This document shows, piece after piece, positions 16,263 to 25,668 of a DNA stretch of 32,000 nucleotides; the first letter of the stretch is position 1, and each line of letters begins with the position of its first letter. The DNA comes from Candidatus Thorarchaeota archaeon (GTDB lineage: Archaea > Asgardarchaeota > Heimdallarchaeia > Hodarchaeales > Hodarchaeaceae). The notes under the pieces were generated by a model. It was not told where the DNA came from and did not search any database. It worked only from the letters and a program-made list of their open reading frames with translations. The position numbers were made by a program, and so were the translations under genes. The DNA lies in assembly GCA_048882505.1 (NCBI GenBank), contig JBHLRO010000011.1, positions 1-32,000 on the forward strand. Reading direction: 5' to 3'.

Positions 16263-18344
16263 TTAACTGACTTTCGCCCCGTTTGGGATATCTGCATCAG
16301 GGGCTAGGAGGCCAAGTTGGCTACCAGAGGTGGCCGCGAGCAACATCCCTTCTGATTGCACCCCCCTGATGGTAGTAGGTTTCAAATTGACTATAACAGT
16401 GATTTTTTGACCTAATAAATCTTCTTGTTTCCTAAATTCAGCCAAGCCTGCCACTAATTGGCGCTGCCCGATTTCAGGACCGAGTTCCACCTTAAGTTTG
16501 AGCAATCTTTCCGTTTTCGGAACTGGTTCGACACCAATAATAGTGCCAATTCGGATATCCAATCTCTGGAATTCCTCCAGCGTTACGAGCGGAATCTTCT
16601 GATCGAATTTCTTCACTTCCTTAGTAATGATATTTCTAGATGCGTGTATTTCATCCAAGTTTTGTATTAATGTTGCTGACTCAACTTTGGCAAATAAGGG
16701 CTTAATAGAATGAATTTTGAGTCCTGGGTCTAACTTCAACTTGCCTGCCTCTTCAAATGCCTGTTCAGCCGCTGATCCTTCCAATCCAAGCGCCTGCCAA
16801 ATTTTCTCAGCCGTTTCTGGAAGAACGGGAGAACTGAGGATACTTAATGTTACCAGTGATTGTACGCACAAGAAAAGGGTAGTTTCTGCGGCAGCAAAAT
16901 CAGTATCCACAAGTTTCCACGGTTCTTTTGTACTGAGGTAAGTGTTTGCCTTCCGAGCGAAGTCAAGAACGGCTCCTATGGCTTTTTTATATTCGTAACG
17001 ATCGAAATGTTCAGCGACGAGTTCTGGAGTGTGGTGGATTGCAGATACGAATTCCTTATCCACATCATCAAGGCGATGATTCTCAGGGAGTATCCCCTCA
17101 CAATATTTCTGAACCAACACCAAGACTCTATGCACATAGTTACCAAAGACATCATTTAAATCAGTGTTAATCCGTTGCTCAAAGTCTTCCCAAGTAAAAG
17201 AGTAATCCTTAGTTTCTGGACGTGTTGCAGCAAGATAGTATCTCCAATAATCCGTAGGGAGAAGATTGGCCGCATCGTCAATCCACACTCCAATCCCCTT
17301 AGATTTGCTAAACTTTATGTTTTCGAAGTTCAGGAACTCGGTTGTGCTTACATTATATGGCAAAACAAACGGTTTTCCATAACTATCCTCGGTACCCAAT
17401 AGGAGGGCAGGAAGGAGGAGTGTGTGGAAAAAGATATTATCCTTACCAATGAAAAAAACTGTCCGTGTCTCCTGATCGAGCCAGTACTGCTTCCAAAACT
17501 CATTATCATCATGTTTATTGACTCCTAGCTCAGCAGATGCGGAGACATAACCCAATACCGCATCTAACCATACATAAATAGTTTTTCCTTTCGCTTCAGG
17601 GATCGCTTTCTCCGCAGGAATTCCCCAGTCTAGATCTCTGGTTAATGTGCGAGCTTGAATCCCTTCTTCCAGTATCTGTTCTGAGAAATTTCGTGCATTC
17701 TCCGGGAGATGGGGATTGTTCTGAATGTAATTTACTAACTTTTCCTGAAAAGCAGCAAAATTATAATACCATTGAGTCGTTTTTTTCACTCTTGGTGAAT
17801 TTCCACAAAGCTTACAGCGAGGATTAATAAGCTCAGTCGGGGTTAACGGTTTTCCACAGGATCCGTCACATTGATCCCCCCGTGCATCATCCGCACCGCA
17901 ATAAGGACACGTTCCCTCAACAAAACGATCGGGCAAAAAACGTTGATCTGTTTCACAGTAAAGCTGTTCTATGGTTTTCTTGAAAATATATCCATTTTTA
18001 AAACAGCGCCGATAAAAATCCTGAACAAACGAATGATGAAATGGATTAGCCGTTTTTGAATAATTCAATTCAATATTCCATTCTGCCAGCAGTTCCAAAG
18101 TTCTAGCATGGTTTCTGTCCACCAATTCTTTTGGCGTGATCCCTTCCTCCAAAGCGACCACTTCAATGGGTGTTCCATGGCAATCTGATCCCGTGGCCGA
18201 AATCACATCCGCTCCTCTTAACTTCAAATATCGCACATAAATATCTGCACTTAATAGATGTAGTATTGTCCCTAGATGCGGTATTCTATTAATATAAGGC
18301 CATGCGGGGCATACGACAAATTTCTTATCTTTAAGATCTTCCAT
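16263..18344 (-). CDS. metG: Methionyl-tRNA synthetase with C-terminal tRNA-binding (Trbp111-like) domain
   Basis: AWPYIN..PHLG, GSDCHGTPI, Zn knuckles, YVWLDA, FIGKDNIFFH, KFSKS, LDIRIG...VNLKP..IRGVQSEGMLLAA. Confidence 0.98.
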   Translation of the reverse strand: MEDLKDKKFVVCPAWPYINRIPHLGTILHLLSADIYVRYLKLRGADVISATGSDCHGTPIEVVALEEGITPKELVDRNHARTLELLAEWNIELNYSKTANPFHHSFVQDFYRRCFKNGYIFKKTIEQLYCETDQRFLPDRFVEGTCPYCGADDARGDQCDGSCGKPLTPTELINPRCKLCGNSPRVKKTTQWYYNFAAFQEKLVNYIQNNPHLPENARNFSEQILEEGIQARTLTRDLDWGIPAEKAIPEAKGKTIYVWLDAVLGYVSASAELGVNKHDDNEFWKQYWLDQETRTVFFIGKDNIFFHTLLLPALLLGTEDSYGKPFVLPYNVSTTEFLNFENIKFSKSKGIGVWIDDAANLLPTDYWRYYLAATRPETKDYSFTWEDFEQRINTDLNDVFGNYVHRVLVLVQKYCEGILPENHRLDDVDKEFVSAIHHTPELVAEHFDRYEYKKAIGAVLDFARKANTYLSTKEPWKLVDTDFAAAETTLFLCVQSLVTLSILSSPVLPETAEKIWQALGLEGSAAEQAFEEAGKLKLDPGLKIHSIKPLFAKVESATLIQNLDEIHASRNIITKEVKKFDQKIPLVTLEEFQRLDIRIGTIIGVEPVPKTERLLKLKVELGPEIGQRQLVAGLAEFRKQEDLLGQKITVIVNLKPTTIRGVQSEGMLLAATSGSQLGLLAPDADIPNGAKVS

Positions 18345-18679
18345 ACCAGTCTCATCCTTTAGAAATTACACTAGAAAGTATTTGAATAAAATAAATTTGC
18401 AAAAAATAATCTTGGTCTCGTAAAATATGGAATTGCCTCAAAAAAGGAGAAATCGGCTTATAGATAAAGCATTTGGCAATCCCACATGTTGTATCGCCTC
18501 ATGTGATCGGTCTGAGGAATTATATAAATGGTTTTTGACAGTCACTAGGGTAACTAGTCCAGCACGCACAAAACAGAATTTGTTATAATGAATCGAATAA
18601 TGGATAATTTGGCCCAGCTAGAGAAGAACACAAAAGAACACAAGCTATGGTCGGAGTGGAAGAATAAAAAGGTGCCATG

Positions 18680-18991
18680 TTATCTTTTATGACGTAATCG
18701 CTTGTTTAACTCCGATGCAAGAATTAAATTGGCCGCGATATCGTCCACTGAATCACCCAAAGCTCTGAAGTTAGGAATTTCTTCACTCATGGTCTGAATC
18801 ATTGCTTTATAGACTGCATATTGCTTGTCAAGGGAAAAATTAGAATGAAGACTTGCCATAACCAACATGGAGGCAATTCGGGCCACTTTCTTTGGTTTTT
18901 TTCGCATTTCTTTATCGTCTTCATTGATAAGATTTTGGAGTTTGATAAAGCGTTCGACAACTTCCAAATACGCCTGACTCATTTCTGTCAT
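18680..18991 (-). CDS. Hypothetical helical protein
   Basis: 103-aa ORF with protein-like amphipathic helical composition, GAGG just upstream, divergent from the E2 gene. Confidence 0.65.
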   Translation of the reverse strand: MTEMSQAYLEVVERFIKLQNLINEDDKEMRKKPKKVARIASMLVMASLHSNFSLDKQYAVYKAMIQTMSEEIPNFRALGDSVDDIAANLILASELNKRLRHKR

Positions 18992-19153
18992 ACCTCTGTG
19001 ACGTGTAAAGAAAAAAATGAGGTGTAATCCTCAATTGTTTGTAATGGGTTCTGATTTTATCCTATTTCCAATCTTCTAGTGATTGATTAAAAAGTCAATT
19101 TTAAGACTTCTCAAAACAAATAGAATGAACAAGAATAAAAGTTTTCAGGTGTC

Positions 19154-19654
19154 ATGCCTAGGGTAGTCAAGGGTACAATTCCTTCAGAGTTATGTCTCAT
19201 GCTAACCAAAGAAGAGTGGCTGGATCGTCTCGCTATCGAAGCACAAGAACTTTCGAGAGAGCAACCGACTTTCGGACCGGTAAACAACGATCTTACCCAC
19301 TTCCGTGGAGAGATCCTTGGATCTGGTCTTTATGAAGGAGGAGTATTCCTTGTTGAGATAAAAATTCCAAGGGAATATCCTTTTCAACCGCCTAAAGTTC
19401 GGTTTAAGACCCCAATTTGGCATGTAAATATTCATAAAGAGCGCGTTTGCGTGGGAATTTTGGGTAAGGAATGGAGTCCCGCTTACTCTTTGGTTCAGGT
19501 TGTAGAAACCTTGAGATTCCTTTTAACGAGCCCAAATCCTGATGATCCGCTTAACAATCTTGCCGCCCGACAATGGAAGAAAGATCGTTCGGAATTTTAT
19601 CATCAGGTCAAGGATTATATCAATAGATACGCTCATTGGGGGCAGAAATACTAA
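19154..19654 (+). CDS. Ubiquitin-conjugating enzyme E2 (UBC fold)
   Basis: LYEGGVF.VEI.IP.EYPFQPPKVRFKTPIWHVNI...VC (Cys99), WSPAYSL, LL.SPNPDDPLN..AA. Confidence 0.95.
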   Translation: MPRVVKGTIPSELCLMLTKEEWLDRLAIEAQELSREQPTFGPVNNDLTHFRGEILGSGLYEGGVFLVEIKIPREYPFQPPKVRFKTPIWHVNIHKERVCVGILGKEWSPAYSLVQVVETLRFLLTSPNPDDPLNNLAARQWKKDRSEFYHQVKDYINRYAHWGQKY

Positions 19655-19662
19655 CTAAGGTG

Positions 19663-20679
19663 CTAGACACCTCGATGGATTTCCCGCTTTTCCGTATATT
19701 TTGGAGGGTGATCAAGGCGACCAAAAACCCTCTCAGCATTAATTTCTTCTTTTAAACGATCTATCCAGTCAATTTCTTCCTCATTTGCTAATCCCCACAC
19801 GAGAAGAGCTTTTTTATAACCTGTACCTTCGTAAAGAGCGGAACTCCGCAAAGCTTTCGTCAAAGTATCCCATCCTGGACTCCCAGGTTCTGGGTACATG
19901 GGCGAATAAGGCATGATTTGGTAAACTACGTATCCGCTCACTTCTATGATTTTATCCAGATTAATTCCAAAATGGCGGTTATATCCGTTGTTCCATTCTG
20001 TTTCTGGGTCTACTGGTACCACCATGGCTATGTCCAGCCCTGGATGCTCACTTCGAGCCAGATCTGCGGTTTCTCGAAATGCAGTAGTAATAAGATTAGA
20101 TCTCCATTCTTCAAACATCCGTTGGACAGAGGGGTCACGCTGAATATCCAAGTATGTTGTATCAAAACTCACCCCTGAAATTTCCGAGAATTTTCGGATA
20201 GCTCGCCTTGAAAACGGATATTCTTGTCTAGGAAAAAGGAATTCCTGAAATATTAGAGAGTGGATAGGTTTTCTAGCAACCTCCTGAGCTATCGCCATCA
20301 AATGTTTCCAGTAAGCATCCATTGCTGGATCCACATAGGAATGAATACTGGCGCCATCCGATCTAGCGATGGCATATTCAGGGATGTTACCCATGAAGGA
20401 ATCACCATAGGCATAAGCTAGTGCATGACATTGCATCCCCAGATCATTAGCAAGTTCCGTAAAGTCAGTGAAGAAGTTCTCGTATACTCGATCACTAGGT
20501 GCCACAGCACTTCGATATGTGACCATACCATCTTCTTTCTTGCAAACAATGGCCACTTCTTCAACAAATCCGCCATACTCCGCGAGAAAGGCATTAGCAC
20601 CCTCGTGGGCAGGACTATCTGGTGTTGAGGGATCTATGATCGGAATTATGCCTTTATCAATTAGGTCCTCAATTTTCAT
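19663..20679 (-). CDS. Glycoside-hydrolase-like TIM-barrel protein (GHL10/DUF187-like), no signal peptide
   Basis: YVDPAMDAYWKHLMAIAQEVARKPIHSLIFQEFLFP resembles the LDP..EV...Y.VDGIHLDDYFYP segment of this family; ATG 20679 preferred over the tracked 20727. Confidence 0.6.
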   Translation of the reverse strand: MKIEDLIDKGIIPIIDPSTPDSPAHEGANAFLAEYGGFVEEVAIVCKKEDGMVTYRSAVAPSDRVYENFFTDFTELANDLGMQCHALAYAYGDSFMGNIPEYAIARSDGASIHSYVDPAMDAYWKHLMAIAQEVARKPIHSLIFQEFLFPRQEYPFSRRAIRKFSEISGVSFDTTYLDIQRDPSVQRMFEEWRSNLITTAFRETADLARSEHPGLDIAMVVPVDPETEWNNGYNRHFGINLDKIIEVSGYVVYQIMPYSPMYPEPGSPGWDTLTKALRSSALYEGTGYKKALLVWGLANEEEIDWIDRLKEEINAERVFGRLDHPPKYTEKREIHRGV

Positions 20680-21013
20680 TTTTAATACAACACCTCGGTA
20701 AATTTCTCTGATTACAGTAATTCTCAAAACAACGCTATTATCTCTGTTTTTCTGTTAAAATGACTTAGCAAATACGATTTAAACGGGGATAATTCATGAA
20801 AGGTAATGGAGGAATTAGATGGGCTTTCTATTGGATAACGCTCACGTCTTCTAACTGATTTTTATAAATTGCCTTACTTCACCAAACTACCTTCCGCTAG
20901 ATAAAAAATCTTATGATATATCAATATATTTAGAGAGTGAGCAATAGTAGACAATCTTCGGGAAGAAGAATACCGAATTATACGATTCCTACCTTTAGAC
21001 ATGGTGAAAACAG

Positions 21014-21967
21014 ATGAGTGATTTTGTCGAATGGGCTCCTGGCGTATACCGGGTAGTAGACGATATCGGAAAGCAAGGTGTTGAATATGCAAGCTATTTG
21101 ATCCTAGGAGATGAAAAAATTGCGATTATTGACCTTCCTTCCCGTGGGTTAGGAAAAAGGATCATTTCATTCGTCAAACGTGCAGGACGTGATCCTTCTG
21201 ACATTTCTTACCTTGTACTAACCCATACTCATCCTGATCATTGGGCTGGGTTGGATTCGATGCGAAAAATCAAACCGCGAGTAGTCCTCCATGAATCTGG
21301 CCAGGAGGCGTTAACCAAGGGAAAAGAGTTCATTCTGAGCAAGCAATTCCCTCATCTGTCAAAATTCTCACTAGCAATCAAAAGCCCTCTTTTTTCAAAA
21401 ATCGGGAAGGTGGAAGAAGAAATTCTCCAACCGGTAAGTGGTAGTGAGACACTAGATCTTGGAGGAGAGCAGTTGATACTGCAACATACCGGGGGACATT
21501 CCATGGATTCTATCATTATCCAAGCATACCGTAGTGGATGTACTTTCATTGGCGATGAGGCGAATATATATCCTGATCAGTTGGCCTCCTTTTTTATTGA
21601 CGGTACTGGGAGCTCTGAACGCAGATTACGTGTACTTAACCTTCTAGCTCAGCTGAAAACGGAAGTAATATGTCCTACTCACCAAAGTCCTGTTCCCAAA
21701 CCACTAGATCTATATGTTCATAACCTGAAGTTCGAACATACTCATACTAAAGATACCGTTTTCGACCTTTTGGTCAGCGCTGGGGAGGCAAAGGCATTTT
21801 ATTTGGCTGAAGAGTATCAGAAAATCCTCGGTATCTCTTGGAGTACACCTTTCAAGGAGCTTGGCGTTGCAGAAAGCACTGTTGTTGCGTTTCTCAAGGA
21901 ATTAGAGAAGGAAGACCAAGTTCATTATCAATCTCACACCCAGCGCTGGTCCACCCTTTCTAGCTAA
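21014..21967 (+). CDS. Metallo-beta-lactamase-fold hydrolase with C-terminal winged helix
   Basis: ID, THTHPDHWAG, TGGHS, GDE, CPTH motifs; C-terminal V.AFLKELEKE.QV....RW. Confidence 0.85.
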   Translation: MSDFVEWAPGVYRVVDDIGKQGVEYASYLILGDEKIAIIDLPSRGLGKRIISFVKRAGRDPSDISYLVLTHTHPDHWAGLDSMRKIKPRVVLHESGQEALTKGKEFILSKQFPHLSKFSLAIKSPLFSKIGKVEEEILQPVSGSETLDLGGEQLILQHTGGHSMDSIIIQAYRSGCTFIGDEANIYPDQLASFFIDGTGSSERRLRVLNLLAQLKTEVICPTHQSPVPKPLDLYVHNLKFEHTHTKDTVFDLLVSAGEAKAFYLAEEYQKILGISWSTPFKELGVAESTVVAFLKELEKEDQVHYQSHTQRWSTLSS

Positions 21968-22115
21968 CAACTTTTCCTTCCAATACATTACATCGGCGAT
22001 TTGATGCCGATGTCAAGGCAACACGAATACGCCTCAAGGGCTAGATGACCTTGAACGTATAGGAAGATCTAGATGCAAAATTCTTTTGATTGGTTTACAT
22101 ACCGAGTAGGAATAC

Positions 22116-22880
22116 ATGCGAATTGCCAGAATTCTTGCTACAGATACTTCAAACTTACATTATAATCTCGCTTTGGAACAGGTGCTTCTCCAAACCTTGA
22201 CTCCTGCTGATAATTGGCTAATCATCCGTTTTTGGTACAATCCACCTTCAGTAATAATTGGCCGAAGTCAAAGGATTGAAGAAGAGGTAAATCTGGAATT
22301 TTGTAAGGCCAATAATGTTTCCATTGGGAGGCGAATTTCGGGTGGGGGTACGGTTTTTCAGGATTCAGGATCCCTTAATGTCTCGTTTTTTGTTTTAAAA
22401 AGCTGGCTTCCTTTATCAAAACATGCCAAAGTGCCTGAAGTTACAGAATTCTTCACGGATTTATTAATAAAAACTCTAAATCAGACAGGATATCAGAATC
22501 TTGAAAAAATGGGATTAACTAACATTTTATACAAAGGAAGAAAAATTTCTGGATCAGCAGGCTATTTTTCAAAGGGAAAAGTCCTACATCATGCCACTTT
22601 ATTGCATTCTGTCAATCTTAAGAACCTAGATGCTGTATGTGATCCAGCAAAATACGGTCCAAAGCACAAAAGACGTAGTAACTATTTTCCTACAACCAAT
22701 CTACCTAATTTTAACCTATCAAACTGGCAATCTAGCTTGTATGTGGGATTAGGAGACATCTTTCAGTGTGAACCTAAGAACGTGTTCTTAAAACCTGAAG
22801 AAGATGAGCTTGCTCGAGAACTCTCAAAAAAAATGTATTCAACGCAAAAATGGATTTTCGGTGGAATAAGAGGGCATTAA
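22116..22880 (+). CDS. lplA: Lipoate-protein ligase A catalytic domain
   Basis: NLALEQ, W.NPPSVIIGRSQ, RRISGGGTVFQD.G.LN, GRKISGSA, HHATLL. Confidence 0.93.
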   Translation: MRIARILATDTSNLHYNLALEQVLLQTLTPADNWLIIRFWYNPPSVIIGRSQRIEEEVNLEFCKANNVSIGRRISGGGTVFQDSGSLNVSFFVLKSWLPLSKHAKVPEVTEFFTDLLIKTLNQTGYQNLEKMGLTNILYKGRKISGSAGYFSKGKVLHHATLLHSVNLKNLDAVCDPAKYGPKHKRRSNYFPTTNLPNFNLSNWQSSLYVGLGDIFQCEPKNVFLKPEEDELARELSKKMYSTQKWIFGGIRGH

Positions 22881-22932
22881 ATCGTGATAATGAATCTGTA
22901 GGATATCCAAAGCAAGAATAAACTTGCTATCC

Positions 22933-24360
22933 CTATCTATTTCGCGGAGTCAGATTTACCTGGTGAATTGCTTTACCCAAAACTGTATCCGCAGCTTCCA
23001 TAATCATTTCAGGTAACGTTGGGTGAGGATGAACTGCCCATCCGATATCTTCAACAGTTGCCCCCATTTCTAGAGCTAAAGACGCCTCACTGATCAGGTC
23101 TGAAGCGTCTGGGCCGACTATCTGTATTCCAAGAATTACACCATTTTCTGCATCGGATACCACCTTAACAAATCCATCACTGGATAGATGTGTTAATGCT
23201 CGTCCAGAGGTACCAAAACGAGCTACCCCATTCCTGACCTGATAACCTGCATCTTTGGCCTCTTTCTCATTCATTCCAACAAAGGATATTTCAGGGTCCG
23301 TGAAAATAGCTCCGGCATTGAGAGATTTGAAATCAGCTTCACTTTCGAGACCAGCTGCTACCTCTGCTGCAACAATGCCCTGCTTGGTTGCTTTATGAGC
23401 TGTAAACGGCATTCCTGTGCAGTCACCAATTGCATAGATATTTGGAACGTTGGTTTGTAATCGATTGTTTACCTTGATAAAGCCTTTTTCATCTGTTTTT
23501 ACCCCAGTTACCTTGAGATTTAGACTGGAAGTATTTGATCTTTTGCCCACCGACAATAAAATCTTATCAAACGTCTTAGAGATCGTTTGTTCTTTCGTTT
23601 CTATCATAACTTCCAATTTTCCAGATTTCCTCTTAGTAACCGAAGTAGCCTTAGAATTCGTGAATATTTCAGCATTAAGTTCCTTAAAACGTCTCTTAAT
23701 CAATGCTGTTATCCGTGGCTCGATTCCAGGTAAAATATCTGGCAATAATTCGACGACGGTTATTTTGGAGCCAAATTTGGCATAAACCATTCCTAGCTCC
23801 ATACCGATCACTCCTCCGCCAACAATTAGCATTTCCTCGGGAATTTTCGGTAGATTGAGAGCTCCCTTGGCAGATAGAATATTTTCCTCATCGATTTGGA
23901 AGCCAGGAAGCGAGATAAACTCCGTTCCAGTGGCAATAATTATATTTTGCCCTTCAATGACTTTTTTTTCCCCGTTATCAGATATTACCTCCACGGTTTG
24001 GCTGTCTAAGAAGCTAACCGTTCCTATTAGGATTTTAACTTTGTTTCCTTTTAGTAACTGTTTTATACCGTTTATGAGTTTAGTTTGAACATCTGTTTTC
24101 CATTTTTGCAGTTTTTGGACATCAACAGAAGTATGTTCTATGTTGATCCCCATTTTAGCCGCATCAACGGTGGCCTTATGGTAGAAATTTGCCGCCGAGA
24201 TTAGTGCTTTACTCGGGATACAGCCCCAGTTTAAACATTCTCCTCCAATAGAACCCTTGTCAATGATAACAACTTTTTTGCCTAATTGAGCTGCTCTAAT
24301 TGCGGCAGGATAACCACCTGGACCTGCACCCAATATAATTACTTCTGCAGTTTGTTTCAA
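22933..24360 (-). CDS. lpdA: Dihydrolipoamide dehydrogenase (E3)
   Basis: GAGPGG, GGECLNWGCIPSK, GGGVIG, YAIGD, HPHPTLPE; TTG start. Confidence 0.97.
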   Translation of the reverse strand: MKQTAEVIILGAGPGGYPAAIRAAQLGKKVVIIDKGSIGGECLNWGCIPSKALISAANFYHKATVDAAKMGINIEHTSVDVQKLQKWKTDVQTKLINGIKQLLKGNKVKILIGTVSFLDSQTVEVISDNGEKKVIEGQNIIIATGTEFISLPGFQIDEENILSAKGALNLPKIPEEMLIVGGGVIGMELGMVYAKFGSKITVVELLPDILPGIEPRITALIKRRFKELNAEIFTNSKATSVTKRKSGKLEVMIETKEQTISKTFDKILLSVGKRSNTSSLNLKVTGVKTDEKGFIKVNNRLQTNVPNIYAIGDCTGMPFTAHKATKQGIVAAEVAAGLESEADFKSLNAGAIFTDPEISFVGMNEKEAKDAGYQVRNGVARFGTSGRALTHLSSDGFVKVVSDAENGVILGIQIVGPDASDLISEASLALEMGATVEDIGWAVHPHPTLPEMIMEAADTVLGKAIHQVNLTPRNR

Positions 24361-24378
24361 CTTTTGCCTTCCTATAAA

Positions 24379-25650
24379 CTAGATTTCTTCCAATAGGAGG
24401 AGCGCTGGATTCTCCATGTATCTAATTAGTGTGTTGGTAAACATTGCTCCCACGGCGCCATCCACAACTCGATGATCCAGAGTCAAAGCAATGAACATCA
24501 CTGGCCGAATGCCAACCTCGGGGCTTCCATTATTTTCTATTACAACTGGCCGTAACTTGCTTCTGAAAATCCCCAGAATAGCAACCTCAGGCCATCGAAT
24601 AATGGGGGTAGCCATGACCCCCCCAATGTTACCTGTTGATGTTATGGTAAAAGTTCCCCCAGTGACTTCATCTAATGTAAGTTTTCCTGCTCTAGCTTTA
24701 TCTGCTAATCTTTTGACTTCTTTTGCCAGTTCCCAGACATTTTTTTGGTCCGCATTTTTGATGACCGGTACTATTAGACCATTGTCTGTGTTTACAGCAA
24801 TTCCGATATTAAGTTCGCCCTTTAACACGATTTCCTCGGATTCATCGTCAAGCTGGGCATTAAATTGTGGAAACTCACGTAAAGCAGGAATTAAGCATTT
24901 TATGATTAGGGGAATATATGTTAACCTCGTTCCATACCTTTCGGCAAGAGGTTTTGCTTTTTGACGTAGATCTTCAAGAATAGACATATCTACTTCTTCA
25001 AAATAAGTATAATGAGCAGCTGTATCTTTTGATTTACGCATTGCTTTTGCTATATTACGCCTAAGTCCCCTTAATGGAACTCTTTGATCTCCTCTTGGCT
25101 CAAATACCTTAATGTCCTTGGGAACGGCGCTTGGAACACCGCCAGATTTCAAATACGCCTCAAAATCACTTCTGGTAATTCTTCCCCCAGGACCAGAGCC
25201 CTCGATATACCTCAAATCAATGGCCCTCTCGCGAGCCTCACGACGAATACTGGGAGCTGCTAATGGATGCTCAGTCACGGCTCGGGTTTGAGTTTTCATT
25301 GGTTGTGTTCGTTTAAAGGGTACGGCAGCGGTAAATAGGGAATCATCCTTTGTTTCATCCGTAGGGGGCTCCTTTGTCGTTACTTTTTTTGCTTTAGGTT
25401 TAGAAGCATCCGTTTCATCAATTTTCACTAAAACTTCCCCAACCTTTACAATGTCTCCTTCCTTTCTATTTTCTAATGACAAGATAGTTCCAGCTATCGG
25501 CGCCGTGATTTCTACAGTAACTTTTTCGGTTATAATTTCTACCAAAAGTTGTTCTTCTTTAACCGGGTCTCCTTCCATAACATGCCATTGCAAAATTTCG
25601 CCCTCATGGACTCCTTCACCAATATCTGCAAACTTAAACTCATAAACCAT
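24379..25650 (-). CDS. pdhC: Dihydrolipoamide acyltransferase (E2) of 2-oxoacid dehydrogenase complex, single lipoyl domain
   Basis: ADIGEGVHEG, lipoyl Lys in ITEKVTVEI, subunit-binding domain APSIRR..GSGPGGRIT, catalytic DHRVVDG; AAGGAG SD. Confidence 0.96.
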   Translation of the reverse strand: MVYEFKFADIGEGVHEGEILQWHVMEGDPVKEEQLLVEIITEKVTVEITAPIAGTILSLENRKEGDIVKVGEVLVKIDETDASKPKAKKVTTKEPPTDETKDDSLFTAAVPFKRTQPMKTQTRAVTEHPLAAPSIRREARERAIDLRYIEGSGPGGRITRSDFEAYLKSGGVPSAVPKDIKVFEPRGDQRVPLRGLRRNIAKAMRKSKDTAAHYTYFEEVDMSILEDLRQKAKPLAERYGTRLTYIPLIIKCLIPALREFPQFNAQLDDESEEIVLKGELNIGIAVNTDNGLIVPVIKNADQKNVWELAKEVKRLADKARAGKLTLDEVTGGTFTITSTGNIGGVMATPIIRWPEVAILGIFRSKLRPVVIENNGSPEVGIRPVMFIALTLDHRVVDGAVGAMFTNTLIRYMENPALLLLEEI

Positions 25651-25668
25651 TATTTCAATCTCCTTTCA

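Noticed and set aside
20874-21092. 72-aa minus-strand ORF
   Set aside because: Overlaps the MBL gene start and its AT-rich promoter region; no motif.
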